Notes under the pieces: generated by a model | Seen by the model: the letters and a program-made list of their open reading frames with translations, nothing else | Database searches by the model: none | Told to the model about the DNA's origin: nothing | NCBI GenBank assembly: GCA_964640675.1 | Contig: CAZXFP010000001.1 | Span: 134,700-198,699, forward strand | DNA: 64,000 bases | Direction: 5' to 3' | DNA from: an uncultured Prevotella sp. | Lineage (GTDB): Bacteria > Bacteroidota > Bacteroidia > Bacteroidales > Bacteroidaceae | In this document: piece after piece, positions 29,493 through 39,040 of the stretch | Position numbering within the stretch: the stretch's first letter is position 1 | How the letters are laid out: the number at the start of each line of letters is the position of its first letter | Made by a program: the position numbers and the translations under genes

Positions 29493-29525
29493 GTGCGCAC
29501 AGAAAGTATGTTTTTGGTATGCTGG

Positions 29526-29613
29526 GCAAAAGGTATGGTTTTGCAGCATCAAACCATACCTTTTGCCGTCCCAAACGTAACGTTTTGCCATGCGTTAGGT
29601 AACCTTTTGCAGA
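29526..29613. repeat. 4x22-bp element, copy 3
   Basis: gcaaaaggtatggttttgcagc / atcaaaccataccttttgccgt / cccaaacgtaacgttttgccat / gcgttaggtaaccttttgcaga. Confidence 0.88.
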
Positions 29614-29714
29614 GGCTTGTTTGTTAAAGCCAATGCAATGCTGCATAAAAGCGTTGCTGTATTGCCGATGTTACGGCAATTTTTCATACCTTTGGAGCGA
29701 AAAATCATAAACTC

Positions 29715-30566
29715 ATGATACTGATAGCAGACAGCGGAAGTACGAAAACCGATTGGGCACTGACGGGAAATGCCCTTCCAGAGCCTTTGCGATTCCACAC
29801 GCAGGGCATCAATCTCTTTCATCAGCGTGCGGCGCAAGTCGTCTCTATTTTGCAGGAAGAGTTGTTTCCGCAGATTACTGCGGCGCGGGTGGCTGCTGAA
29901 GAAGTGGCGGGCATATACTTCTATGGGGCGGGCTGCACGCCGTCTGTTGCGCCACAGGTGGCCGCGTTGCTTTCTGAGGTGTTTCCCAAGGCGGAAGTGA
30001 GTGCCGACAGCGACTTGCTGGGAGCAGCCCGCGCCGTGCTGGGGCACAATGCGGGCATAGCCTGCATATTGGGGACGGGGTCTAACAGTTGTCTTTACGA
30101 TGGAACGTGCATCACGCAACACGTCCCCCCGCTGGGCTATATCCTTGGTGATGAGGGGAGCGGTGCTGCGCTGGGGCGGCGTTTCCTCAATGGCGTTTTC
30201 AAAGGTTGGCTGTCTGCCGCCGTAAAGGACGCATTCTTGGCAGAGACGCAGCAAACTTATGAGGATATTATCCGCCGTGTTTATCAAGAACCAATGGCCA
30301 ACAGGTATTTGGCTTCCATAGCTCCGTTCGTTGTCCGCCACATCAATGATGCGGGCATCCGTCAGCTTGTGGCAGACAACTTTGAGGATTTCTTCCGCTA
30401 CAATATCCTCCGCTACGACACCACGCTTCGCTGTGTGGCTTGTGTGGGTGGCGTGGCCGCCCATCTTGAAACCGTCTTCCGAGAGGTGGCCGCGCGCCAT
30501 CAGTTTGCTGTCACCCGAATCATCAAAAGCCCGATAGAAGGCCTCATCGAGTATCATCGCGTTTAA
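29715..30566 (+). CDS. BadF/BadG-type ATPase, N-acetylglucosamine/N-acetylmuramate kinase-like
   Basis: ILIADSGSTKTDW, FYGAGC, DLLGAARA, ILGTGSNS, GYILGDEGSGA; TACCTTTG promoter at 29687. Confidence 0.88.
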   Translation: MILIADSGSTKTDWALTGNALPEPLRFHTQGINLFHQRAAQVVSILQEELFPQITAARVAAEEVAGIYFYGAGCTPSVAPQVAALLSEVFPKAEVSADSDLLGAARAVLGHNAGIACILGTGSNSCLYDGTCITQHVPPLGYILGDEGSGAALGRRFLNGVFKGWLSAAVKDAFLAETQQTYEDIIRRVYQEPMANRYLASIAPFVVRHINDAGIRQLVADNFEDFFRYNILRYDTTLRCVACVGGVAAHLETVFREVAARHQFAVTRIIKSPIEGLIEYHRV

Positions 30567-30656
30567 GGAAGCGGGCAGGGGAGGCAAAAAAGAAGAAAAA
30601 AATCGTAATCGTGTAGATTTTAAGCAGCTCTGTTTGGCGTTTTGAGAGAAACTCGT

Positions 30657-30664
30657 TATCTTTG
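30657..30664 (+). promoter_or_regulatory. -7 promoter of the nrtR operon
   Basis: TATCTTTG, with TTTG upstream near 30641. Confidence 0.7.
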
Positions 30665-30685
30665 TGGTGTAATATTTACATAACT
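30665..30685 (+). promoter_or_regulatory. Candidate NrtR operator
   Basis: tggTGTAATATTTACAtaa is a near-palindrome with the GT-N7-AC core known for NrtR sites, directly downstream of the -7 box. Confidence 0.6.
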
Positions 30686-30701
30686 GCAAATAAAAACACA
30701 G

Positions 30702-31403
30702 ATGAAGACAGACGAGACGGCAAAGTATTGCTATAAGTATCCCCATCCGAGTGTGACAACCGATTGTGTGATATTCGGATTTGATGGGGCAAGGCTGATG
30801 GTGTTGCTCATACAGCGAGGCATAGAACCATATAAGGGGCGGTGGGCTTTCCCCGGCGGTTTTTTGAAAATGGATGAGAGCGCGGAGGAGGGTGCGCTGC
30901 GTGAGTTACAGGAAGAAACGGGATTGCGTGGGGCGTACATCCGCCAGTTTCATACCTTTACTGCTCCTCAACGTGATCCTCGCGAGCGGGTTATAACCAT
31001 CGCCTATTATGCCTTAGTGAGGATGCAGGAGGTGAAAGGTGGTGACGATGCTGCCGATGCGCGTTGGTTTGCGCTCACTGAAGTGCCTCAGCTGGCATTT
31101 GATCATGACCAGATTTTGCGCAAGGCAGAACAGGCGTTGCGCCTGCAAATCCACTTTGAGCCTATTGGTTTTGAATTGCTTCCTAATCAGTTTACCATCA
31201 AGGAGCTTCAGAGCCTGTATGAGGCAATACTTGATGTGCGTTTCGATCGCCGAAACTTCTATAATAAGATGAAGCGGCTGGAGATTCTGGAGCAGACGGA
31301 GAACATGGTGAACCCGACAAAGAAGAAAGCGGCGCATTTGTTTCGGTTCAATAAGCTGAAATACGAAGAGTTGAAGCAAAGGGGATTCAGAATGGAATTT
31401 TGA
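30702..31403 (+). CDS. nrtR: NrtR-family regulator (Nudix + winged HTH)
   Basis: PSVTTDCVIFG, WAFPGGF...ALRELQEETG Nudix box, RDPRERVIT, LAFDH, FTIKELQSLYE...DRRNF wHTH. Confidence 0.9.
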   Translation: MKTDETAKYCYKYPHPSVTTDCVIFGFDGARLMVLLIQRGIEPYKGRWAFPGGFLKMDESAEEGALRELQEETGLRGAYIRQFHTFTAPQRDPRERVITIAYYALVRMQEVKGGDDAADARWFALTEVPQLAFDHDQILRKAEQALRLQIHFEPIGFELLPNQFTIKELQSLYEAILDVRFDRRNFYNKMKRLEILEQTENMVNPTKKKAAHLFRFNKLKYEELKQRGFRMEF

Positions 31404-31416
31404 TTAGGCATAACTG

Positions 31417-31806
31417 ATGGTGTACAACAGAAAATACACTCCAGAGAAGATTACCCATCTTGAGGAGAACGAGATATTTGTGTTTGGAAGCAATCTTGCC
31501 GGCGCGCATGGTGGCGGGGCTGCGTGCATGGCATTTCTTTGCTTTGGCGCAAAGTGGGGCAGCGGTGTGGGGCTGCAAGGGCAAAGCTATGCCATCCCGA
31601 CAATGCAAGGAGGGGTGGAGACCATTAAACCCTATGTGGATGAGTTTATACGGTTTGCCAGTGAACATGAGGAATTGACTTTCCTGGTAACAAGGATAGG
31701 TTGTGGAATAGCAGGATTCCGTGACGAGGAGATAGCCCCCTTGTTTGAGAAAGCCTTGCCGATGGAGAACGTCTTGTTGCCCAAGGAGTTTGTGGAAGCT
31801 CTTTGA
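31417..31806 (+). CDS. Macro-domain-like protein (A1S_2505-like family)
   Basis: EIFVFGSNLAGAHGGGAA, SYAIPT, FLVTRIGCGIAG match the two glycine-rich macro loops. Confidence 0.75.
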   Translation: MVYNRKYTPEKITHLEENEIFVFGSNLAGAHGGGAACMAFLCFGAKWGSGVGLQGQSYAIPTMQGGVETIKPYVDEFIRFASEHEELTFLVTRIGCGIAGFRDEEIAPLFEKALPMENVLLPKEFVEAL

Positions 31807-31812
31807 TCTTTG

Positions 31813-32238
31813 ATGGAAAGCAAGTATAATTTTGGTCGCTTCTTGCTTGCCCACAAGTTTAATTATGCGCGTGCGTTGCAGGAATTGGGTGAGGGAAAGA
31901 AGCAAACGCATTGGATCTGGTTCGTCTTCCCTCAACTGGCAGCTCTCGGAAGAAGTGCCAATGGCCGATACTATGGTATCAGCGGGCGTGAGGAGGCCGA
32001 AGCCTATCTCCGTCATTCCGTGCTTGGGGCAAGGCTGCGAGAGGTGAGCAAGGCCTTGCTGGCGTATGATGGCTTGTCGGCGGTGGATATTTTGGGGGAA
32101 GTTGATGCCGTAAAAGTGTGTTCCTGCATGACGCTTTTTGATGCAGTGTCTCCCCACGACATCTTTCGCGAAGTGTTGGATGCTTTCTATAATGGCGAGA
32201 CGGATGGGAGAACCTTGGAACTTGTCAGCCATATATGA
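31813..32238 (+). CDS. DUF1810 family protein
   Basis: ALQELGEGKKQTHWIWFVFPQL, EAEAYLRHSVLGARL, DAVKVCSCMTLF. Confidence 0.9.
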   Translation: MESKYNFGRFLLAHKFNYARALQELGEGKKQTHWIWFVFPQLAALGRSANGRYYGISGREEAEAYLRHSVLGARLREVSKALLAYDGLSAVDILGEVDAVKVCSCMTLFDAVSPHDIFREVLDAFYNGETDGRTLELVSHI

Positions 32239-32318
32239 GTGTGCTGTAAGCAAAGAGTAGGAATCCAATTCTCCAAAATGTAAAGCGATAGGAAGATAAA
32301 TTAAGGGAGGGAGTTGTT

Positions 32319-32867
32319 ATGTTGGTGATACATCCCACGGACAGGACCACGGCGATGCTCTCAGTTCTGTATGCCGGACTGGGCGCAACGGTGATAGGGG
32401 ACAACCGTACCACAAGAGAGATGGGGCGGTTGTTGCATCATGTCTCCTCGCAAGAACGCATCATGTTGCTTGGACATGGCACGGAGAATGGTCTGTTCTT
32501 CCGTGAAGACGACAGTAGCAAGGAGTTTGATGGGATTATTGTGGGGCATTCCCACGCCTATCATCTGCGTAAGCATGGTGGCAATCTCATTGGGATATGG
32601 TGTCATGCCGATGATTTTGCGCGTAAAGAGGGCTTGCATGGCCTGTTTTCCGGTATGATTGTTTCCGACACGGACGAAGCGGAGGAGTATGGAATCAACG
32701 TGCCGCAATGCGTTATAGAAGAGGAGAATGTAGTAATGTTCGGTAAGTTGCGCGGGTTGTTGGACGAAGGACTCCCGCTTCATGAGATTCCGGCGCGAAT
32801 GGAGGCCTTGAATGATGCTCATACGCCTATAGCCGATTTTAATTATCGTCATTTCTTTTACATTTAA
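32319..32867 (+). CDS. Hypothetical protein; predicted caspase/CHAT-like His-Cys fold
   Basis: RIMLLGHG and LIGIWC motifs with caspase-like strand/helix order; the fold call is an inference. Confidence 0.6.
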   Translation: MLVIHPTDRTTAMLSVLYAGLGATVIGDNRTTREMGRLLHHVSSQERIMLLGHGTENGLFFREDDSSKEFDGIIVGHSHAYHLRKHGGNLIGIWCHADDFARKEGLHGLFSGMIVSDTDEAEEYGINVPQCVIEEENVVMFGKLRGLLDEGLPLHEIPARMEALNDAHTPIADFNYRHFFYI

Positions 32868-33314
32868 ACCAATATGTTTAGATTAAATCCTCAGTATTCC
32901 GATTTGTAAGAATGGGAGCGGTGGGGGAGAAGAAAATGGGAAACTCTATAACAAAGAAGACAGTACATTTAGTTAATCACAGTAATCAAGCGTCTGCGGC
33001 AATCGGTTTGCTTGTCGCAGACTTCCGTTTTTCCTTGTTGCGATAGTCTTGATGAGGCTGCTTTGCTTCGTCTTGTTTTTCGTTTGTGCCCTTGTCTGTA
33101 TTTCAAAGCGCGTTTGTGAGTGGATATTGCGAATAGTTTTATCCCGCATTATTCTGATTTCCCAGAGTTTTTTGGTAATTTTGCAAGCAAAAATGTTGGC
33201 TGATGCCAAGATGTGGGGGAGAAAGATTGCGCGGCACCTCTGAACAGCAGGGGAACGCATGGTGGTTTTCCGCACCGTTTGGCGTAGCCCCTAAGCAATG
33301 AATATACAGGCAAA

Positions 33315-35762
33315 ATGAAGCAACTTCGCATACTTCTGCTTTTGACAATTGTCTTGCTGAATGCGCTCCCCTCAATGGCAGTGCTGCAGGAGGACTCGCT
33401 CAAGAACTCATTGGCCGTGTTGCGCCATGAGCTGATTACGAGCCACTATCAGCTCAATGAGCAGATGAACCGCACGAAGCAGTGGAACAGTCGCATCACC
33501 TCGCAGCTGCAAAGCATCACGCAGCGGTCGGCGCAGGTGTCGCTGATGCTCTATTCGCAGAATTCGGAGTATATTTTCGATGTTACCTATGCTTGTCATG
33601 AGGCCACACAGCTCTATCGTGAGTTTGAGGAGAAGACACGGCCGTTCAGCAGTCTTATCTCTCGTGCGCAGCAAGACATAGCGCGTTATGACTCGCTCAT
33701 CAACGCATTGAGCACGATGTACACCGATGGGATGACCGAGCGCGAGAAGACGGATCGCAACGTTTGTCTCACGCTGTCGGTGAGCATACGGCGTATGTTG
33801 GTTGAGAACAGCCAAAGTTTTCAGGACTACATACAGCATTACAATTACAGCCGTAGGCAGCTGAAAGCTTTAAACGATTATGCGCAGAAGCGTTATCAGG
33901 AAATACAGGGCAGTTTGTTGCAGAACACCAATGAGAATTATTTCTCGGTGTTGGCTCATCCCCAAATTTATCTGATGCGCATGGGGGCGGCGGTCAGCGA
34001 TAAGTATGTGCCGCAGCACAAGGTTCGGTCGCAGTGGGACGCGCGTTGGCTCATTCTGTTGCTGTCGATGATAGTATTCTATGGCGTTTTTGCCATATTG
34101 CTCAATTATCTCAGCATCCGTTTCCTCGTGACCCGATGGGTCAAGGCCGACCGTTTTCATGTGGACACAAACTCGTTTTTGGCCAAGCGAACGTGCATCA
34201 TCATGAATGGAACGGTCATTACCTTTGGTGTGGCGTTGCTTATTATCCGCTATGCCTCGCCGTCCAACTTTGTGTTTATGGCCACGGGTATCCTGCTTGA
34301 GTTCACGTGGTTACTTGCTGTTATTCTGACTTCGCTCATGCTGCGCGTGGATGGCAAGTTGGTTCAGGTCACTTATCGGAGCTATTATCCCATCATATTG
34401 GTCGGATTCATTATCATTTGTTTCCGGATTATCCTCATCCCCAGTGTGTTTGTCAACTTCTTGCTTCCTTTGCTTATGCTGGCTAGCACGTTGTGGCAAG
34501 CTCGTATCATTAGGAAATATCGGCAGCGGATGATGCGGAGCGATGGCTATTTGGGCTATGCCACGCTGAGTGTCTTTGCTGTGACAACGGTTAGCTCTTG
34601 GTTGGGCTACACCATGCTTTCCGTTCAGATTATCATTTGGTGGATGATGCAGCTCGCTTGCATTCTGACAATAACTTGCGTTCACGACTATCTGCGCCGT
34701 TACCGCGAGAAGCACCAGCTCTATAATAAGCCAATCAATAAGGCTTGGTTCTTCCGCTTTGTCTATTTTGTGGTGTTGCCAGCCTGTTTGGTGCTGTCGT
34801 TCTTGCTTGCCATCTATTGGGCGGCAGATATGTTCAACCTCAGTGAGCTTACGTGGGAGGTGTTTAGCGCATCGTTTATAGACACGGCCAACTTCAAGAT
34901 GAGCATTTTGGGCATAGCGCAGGTTATCATCTTGTGGTTCTTGTTCAATTACATCAACCATACAGCGAAAGACCTTACGCACTTTTGCTTGCAGCGTCGC
35001 GACCCGACCACGGCTGCCACTCGCTCTGTCATGTTTGTTAATGTGACGCAAACGGTGGTTTGGGGCACATGGCTGCTTGTCGCTTTGGCCATTTTTAGGG
35101 TCAACAACACATGGCTGGTGGTGGTTTCGGGAGGTCTTTCCACTGGCGTTGGATTTGCCATGAAGGACATTCTGGAGAATATTTATTATGGTATCTCGCT
35201 AATGGCGGGTCGCATCAAGATAGGCGACTATGTGGTGTGTGATGGCATCCGCGGACGTGTGATGAGCATCAGTTACACTTCAACGATGCTTGAGGCTACC
35301 GATGGGTCGGTTATCGCATTCCAAAATTCGCAGCTTTTCACCAAGAACTATAAGAATCTTACCAAGAATCATGGCTACGAGCTTGATACCTTGGAGGTCG
35401 GAGTGGCTTATGGCACGGATTTGAAGTTGTGCTGCCAGCTCTTGACGGATGCCATCTCGCAGCTTGATTGCGTTTATCAGGAACGCAAAGTGGCCGTAAG
35501 GTTGAAGAGCTTCGATGACAGTTGTGTGACATTGAAGATATTGATGTGGGTGAATGTGTTGGAGCGTTTCTCTGCCGAGGGCGAGATCATGGAGTGTATC
35601 TATAATACGCTCAACCAAAACAACATCGAAATACCGTTCCCACAGCGTGAGGTGACGTTGAAAAACATTAGTGAGCTGAAAACCGAACGGGTGATGCAAT
35701 CGGATACGCATTCCGAAGAAGGCTCGTCTGTCGGTAAAGGCGGTTTCATTGACAAGAAATAA
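33315..35762 (+). CDS. Large MscS-family mechanosensitive channel with periplasmic N-domain
   Basis: Multiple TM helices; GGLSTGVGFAMKDILEN, RIKIGD, VGVAYGTD, IEIPFPQR; TAATTTTG promoter at 33176. Confidence 0.9.
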   Translation: MKQLRILLLLTIVLLNALPSMAVLQEDSLKNSLAVLRHELITSHYQLNEQMNRTKQWNSRITSQLQSITQRSAQVSLMLYSQNSEYIFDVTYACHEATQLYREFEEKTRPFSSLISRAQQDIARYDSLINALSTMYTDGMTEREKTDRNVCLTLSVSIRRMLVENSQSFQDYIQHYNYSRRQLKALNDYAQKRYQEIQGSLLQNTNENYFSVLAHPQIYLMRMGAAVSDKYVPQHKVRSQWDARWLILLLSMIVFYGVFAILLNYLSIRFLVTRWVKADRFHVDTNSFLAKRTCIIMNGTVITFGVALLIIRYASPSNFVFMATGILLEFTWLLAVILTSLMLRVDGKLVQVTYRSYYPIILVGFIIICFRIILIPSVFVNFLLPLLMLASTLWQARIIRKYRQRMMRSDGYLGYATLSVFAVTTVSSWLGYTMLSVQIIIWWMMQLACILTITCVHDYLRRYREKHQLYNKPINKAWFFRFVYFVVLPACLVLSFLLAIYWAADMFNLSELTWEVFSASFIDTANFKMSILGIAQVIILWFLFNYINHTAKDLTHFCLQRRDPTTAATRSVMFVNVTQTVVWGTWLLVALAIFRVNNTWLVVVSGGLSTGVGFAMKDILENIYYGISLMAGRIKIGDYVVCDGIRGRVMSISYTSTMLEATDGSVIAFQNSQLFTKNYKNLTKNHGYELDTLEVGVAYGTDLKLCCQLLTDAISQLDCVYQERKVAVRLKSFDDSCVTLKILMWVNVLERFSAEGEIMECIYNTLNQNNIEIPFPQREVTLKNISELKTERVMQSDTHSEEGSSVGKGGFIDKK

Positions 35763-35773
35763 ATTAAAGAGAA

Positions 35774-36532
35774 ATGAATCAACCAATATTTGTCGCAGGT
35801 CCATGCGTGATAGAGACTGCGGAGCTTCTTGATACCGTTGCGCAGGAGTTGGTGCGCATCAATCAGCAATATGGTATCGATATTATTTTCAAGGCGTCTT
35901 TTGATAAGGCCAATCGCACGAGCCTTTCTTCCTATCGCGGACCAGGATTGGAGAAAGGATTGCAGATGCTTGCCGATATTAAGGAACGGTATGGACTGCG
36001 CATTCTGACCGACATACATGAGGCTTGGCAGGCCAAGCCCGTAGCAGAGGTGGCTGATGTGTTGCAGATTCCGGCATTCCTTTGCCGTCAAACCGACTTG
36101 CTTGTTGCTGCGGCGCATACGGGAAAGACGGTTAACATCAAGAAAGCGCAATTCCTTTCGGGAGCAGACATGCGCTATCCTTTGCAGAAGTGCCGTGAGA
36201 GCGGTGCGGTAGATGTGTGGCTGACGGAGCGCGGCAACTGTTTCGGCTATAACAATTTGGTGGTCGACTTCCGCAATATTCCCGATATGCTCCAATTGTC
36301 GCCCGCAGTCATTATGGATTGCACGCATTCCGTGCAGCGACCGAGTGCCGGTGATGGCAAGACAACGGGCGATCGCCGCTTTGTTCCCTCAATGGCACTT
36401 GCCGCCAAAGCCTTTGGGGCAACGGGCTACTTCTTTGAGGTGCATCCTGATCCCGACCGTGGCTTGTCGGATGCAGCCAATATGCTGGAGCTTAGTCAGC
36501 TTGGAGCGTTGATAGGAGAACTTCTCAAATAA
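35774..36532 (+). CDS. kdsA: KDO 8-phosphate synthase
   Basis: AGPCVIE, FKASFDKANRTS, QIPAFLCRQTDL, NIKKAQF, DCTHSVQ. Confidence 0.97.
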   Translation: MNQPIFVAGPCVIETAELLDTVAQELVRINQQYGIDIIFKASFDKANRTSLSSYRGPGLEKGLQMLADIKERYGLRILTDIHEAWQAKPVAEVADVLQIPAFLCRQTDLLVAAAHTGKTVNIKKAQFLSGADMRYPLQKCRESGAVDVWLTERGNCFGYNNLVVDFRNIPDMLQLSPAVIMDCTHSVQRPSAGDGKTTGDRRFVPSMALAAKAFGATGYFFEVHPDPDRGLSDAANMLELSQLGALIGELLK

Positions 36533-36545
36533 TTTAATAGAGCGA

Positions 36546-37529
36546 ATGGAAAACATGAATACGCAAGCGGAAGAGCGGCTGAAAGACGTTAGGAAGTATG
36601 CCGTTCAGTGCATCAAGGACGAGTGTGATGCTACAATGAAACTCATTGACCAGCTTGACGAGAACTTTGATCGTGCGGTGGAGATGATGTATCATTGCAA
36701 GGGCAAGGTAATCGTTACTGGAGTTGGCAAAAGCGGAAATATTGGCGCAAAGATAGCCGCAACGCTCTCCTCTACGGGAACGCCGGCTTTCTTCATCAAT
36801 CCGCTGGATGTCTATCATGGCGATCTTGGTGTGATGACCAAGGATGATGTTGTGCTTGCCTTGTCTAATTCGGGACAGACGGACGAACTGTTGCGTTTCA
36901 TTCCGATGGTTCTCCATATGCAGGTGCCTATTATCGGAATGAGTGGCAATCCCAAGTCGTTGTTGGCCAAATATGCTTCCGTTCATCTTCAGGTGAAAGT
37001 GGAGAAAGAGGCCTGCCCGCTCAACTTGGCTCCCACCAGTTCTACGACGGCTGCCCTTGTCATGGGCGATGCTTTGGCCGTGGCATTGATGGAAGTGCGT
37101 AACTTCAAGCCTACGGACTTTGCCCAATTCCATCCGGGCGGCGAGTTGGGAAAACGGTTGCTTACCACCGCGCGCGATGTGATGCGAAGCGACAATTTGC
37201 CCATCATAGACAAGGAGATGCATTTGGGTGAGGCCATTATCCATGTTAGCAAAGGCAAACTGGGCTTGGGAGTGTCTTTGCAGGATGGCAAGGTGATAGG
37301 CCTGATTACTGATGGCGACATCCGCCGTGCCATGGAGCGTTGGCAGGCAGAGTTCTTCGACCACACGGTGAGTGATATTATGACAACCAATCCCAAAACG
37401 GTTAGTCCGGATACGAAGGTGACGGAGATTCAACGCACCATGAATCAGTATAAGATTCATACGGTGCTTGTAACCGACATGGACAATCATTTCATGGGTG
37501 TGGTGGATCATTACAGTTGTATGCTGTAA
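36546..37529 (+). CDS. kdsD: Arabinose-5-phosphate isomerase (KpsF/GutQ, SIS+CBS)
   Basis: VTGVGKSG, HGDLG, SNSGQT, EACPLNLAPTSST, FHPGGELG, ITDGDIRR. Confidence 0.93.
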   Translation: MENMNTQAEERLKDVRKYAVQCIKDECDATMKLIDQLDENFDRAVEMMYHCKGKVIVTGVGKSGNIGAKIAATLSSTGTPAFFINPLDVYHGDLGVMTKDDVVLALSNSGQTDELLRFIPMVLHMQVPIIGMSGNPKSLLAKYASVHLQVKVEKEACPLNLAPTSSTTAALVMGDALAVALMEVRNFKPTDFAQFHPGGELGKRLLTTARDVMRSDNLPIIDKEMHLGEAIIHVSKGKLGLGVSLQDGKVIGLITDGDIRRAMERWQAEFFDHTVSDIMTTNPKTVSPDTKVTEIQRTMNQYKIHTVLVTDMDNHFMGVVDHYSCML

Positions 37530-37566
37530 TTCCTTGTTCAAAAGAATAAAGAAAGGCAGATAAAGA

Positions 37567-38832
37567 TTGAGACGGCTTAAAGTCATATTCCTGCTCTTGG
37601 CATTTTGCGCTTCCAGCGTGCTGGCGCAGCGTGCAGATAGCGTTGTTGTTCAGCGGCTTAGGGAAAAAGGTATAACCTTTTCTCACAATAACTCCGTTAC
37701 GTTGCTTGTCAATGGCAAAGAAAAGTTTGATGACTTGTTCAAGGCCATTGAGCAAGCGCGTTCAAGCATTCATCTCGAATATTTTAATTTCCGTAACGAC
37801 TCCATCAATCGTGAACTGATGTTGCGCTTGGAGCGCAAGGTGGCCGAGGGCGTGGAGGTGCGGGCCATCTTCGATGGTTTTGGCAATGCGAGCAATAATC
37901 AGCCGATGCGTAAGAGCGATGTCGAGGCCATACGCTCAAAGGGTATTGAAATCTATGAGTTCAAGCCGATGCAGTTCCCTTGGCTGCATGACGCGTTCAA
38001 TCGCGACCATCGCAAGATAGTAGTTATCGATGGCAAGGTGGCTTATACGGGCGGAATGAACGTGGCCGACTATTATATCAATGGCACGGAGGTTGTGGGG
38101 AGCTGGCATGATATGCACTGCCGCATAGAGGGTGATGAGGTGAACACGCTTCAGCGCATTTTTTTGCGGATGTGGAGGCTGGTCTCGGGGCAAGATGTGC
38201 ATGGTGCAAAGTATTACCGTGGAGTAAGCAATGCCGACTATATGGAAGGTTTGAAGCCCGACACCACTTCCACGGCGGGGCATCAGATGGTGGGAATCAT
38301 TAACCGTGAACCGCAGGTCACGCGGGATATTATCCGTTATTTCTATCTCAATGCCATCAATGCTGCAAAAGACAGCATCAAGCTGATCAATCCCTACTTT
38401 ACGCTTACTCGTCGTTTGAAGCGCGCCTTGGCCGATGCCGTGAAGCGGGGTGTGAAGGTGGAGATTATGCTCAGCGTGAAGAGCGATATTCCGATTACTC
38501 CCGATGTAGGCTTCTACAATGCCCATAAGCTGATGAAGAAAGGATGCCAGATTTGGCTCTATGAGCCGGGGTTTCATCACACGAAGGTGATTATGGTGGA
38601 TGGGCAGGTCTGCACTGTTGGCTCGGCCAATCTCAATGCACGCTCGCTAAGATGGGATCGTGAGGAGAATGCCGTCATCATAGACCCTCATGTAACGAGA
38701 CAGCTTGACAACCTCTTTGAGCAGGAAAAGAAAGAGTCTTTTTTGCTTACGCCCGAGAGGTGGAAGCAATGGCGCACGCCGTGGAAAAAGTTTGTGGGCT
38801 GGGCAGGACATTTGTTCTCGCCGTTCCTTTGA
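37567..38832 (+). CDS. cls: Cardiolipin synthase-like phospholipase D
   Basis: Two HKD motifs: RDHRKIVVIDG and FHHTKVIMVDG...GSANLN; TTG start. Confidence 0.85.
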   Translation: MRRLKVIFLLLAFCASSVLAQRADSVVVQRLREKGITFSHNNSVTLLVNGKEKFDDLFKAIEQARSSIHLEYFNFRNDSINRELMLRLERKVAEGVEVRAIFDGFGNASNNQPMRKSDVEAIRSKGIEIYEFKPMQFPWLHDAFNRDHRKIVVIDGKVAYTGGMNVADYYINGTEVVGSWHDMHCRIEGDEVNTLQRIFLRMWRLVSGQDVHGAKYYRGVSNADYMEGLKPDTTSTAGHQMVGIINREPQVTRDIIRYFYLNAINAAKDSIKLINPYFTLTRRLKRALADAVKRGVKVEIMLSVKSDIPITPDVGFYNAHKLMKKGCQIWLYEPGFHHTKVIMVDGQVCTVGSANLNARSLRWDREENAVIIDPHVTRQLDNLFEQEKKESFLLTPERWKQWRTPWKKFVGWAGHLFSPFL

Positions 38833-39040
38833 TATGTGGCTGCATAAGGTGGAAGTTGCAGCGTGCTAAATGGTGCGGCTGCAAAGTAGTGCGAGAGCGT
38901 TGGGGATGCCTGATGGCTTCCGTTTGTTAGGCCGTTTGGAATGAAGTTGACCACAGGTTTGGGCAAAACTTTGTTCCAAACGGTTTTGTTTGTTTTTGTA
39001 AAATAAGTATTTTGTAGGGGAGTAGATAAGCCCTGCTGTG

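Noticed and set aside
29526-29613. 4x22-bp arrays as mini-CRISPR arrays or integron attC sites
   Set aside because: Units abut with no unique spacers, are degenerate, and no cas or integrase gene is present
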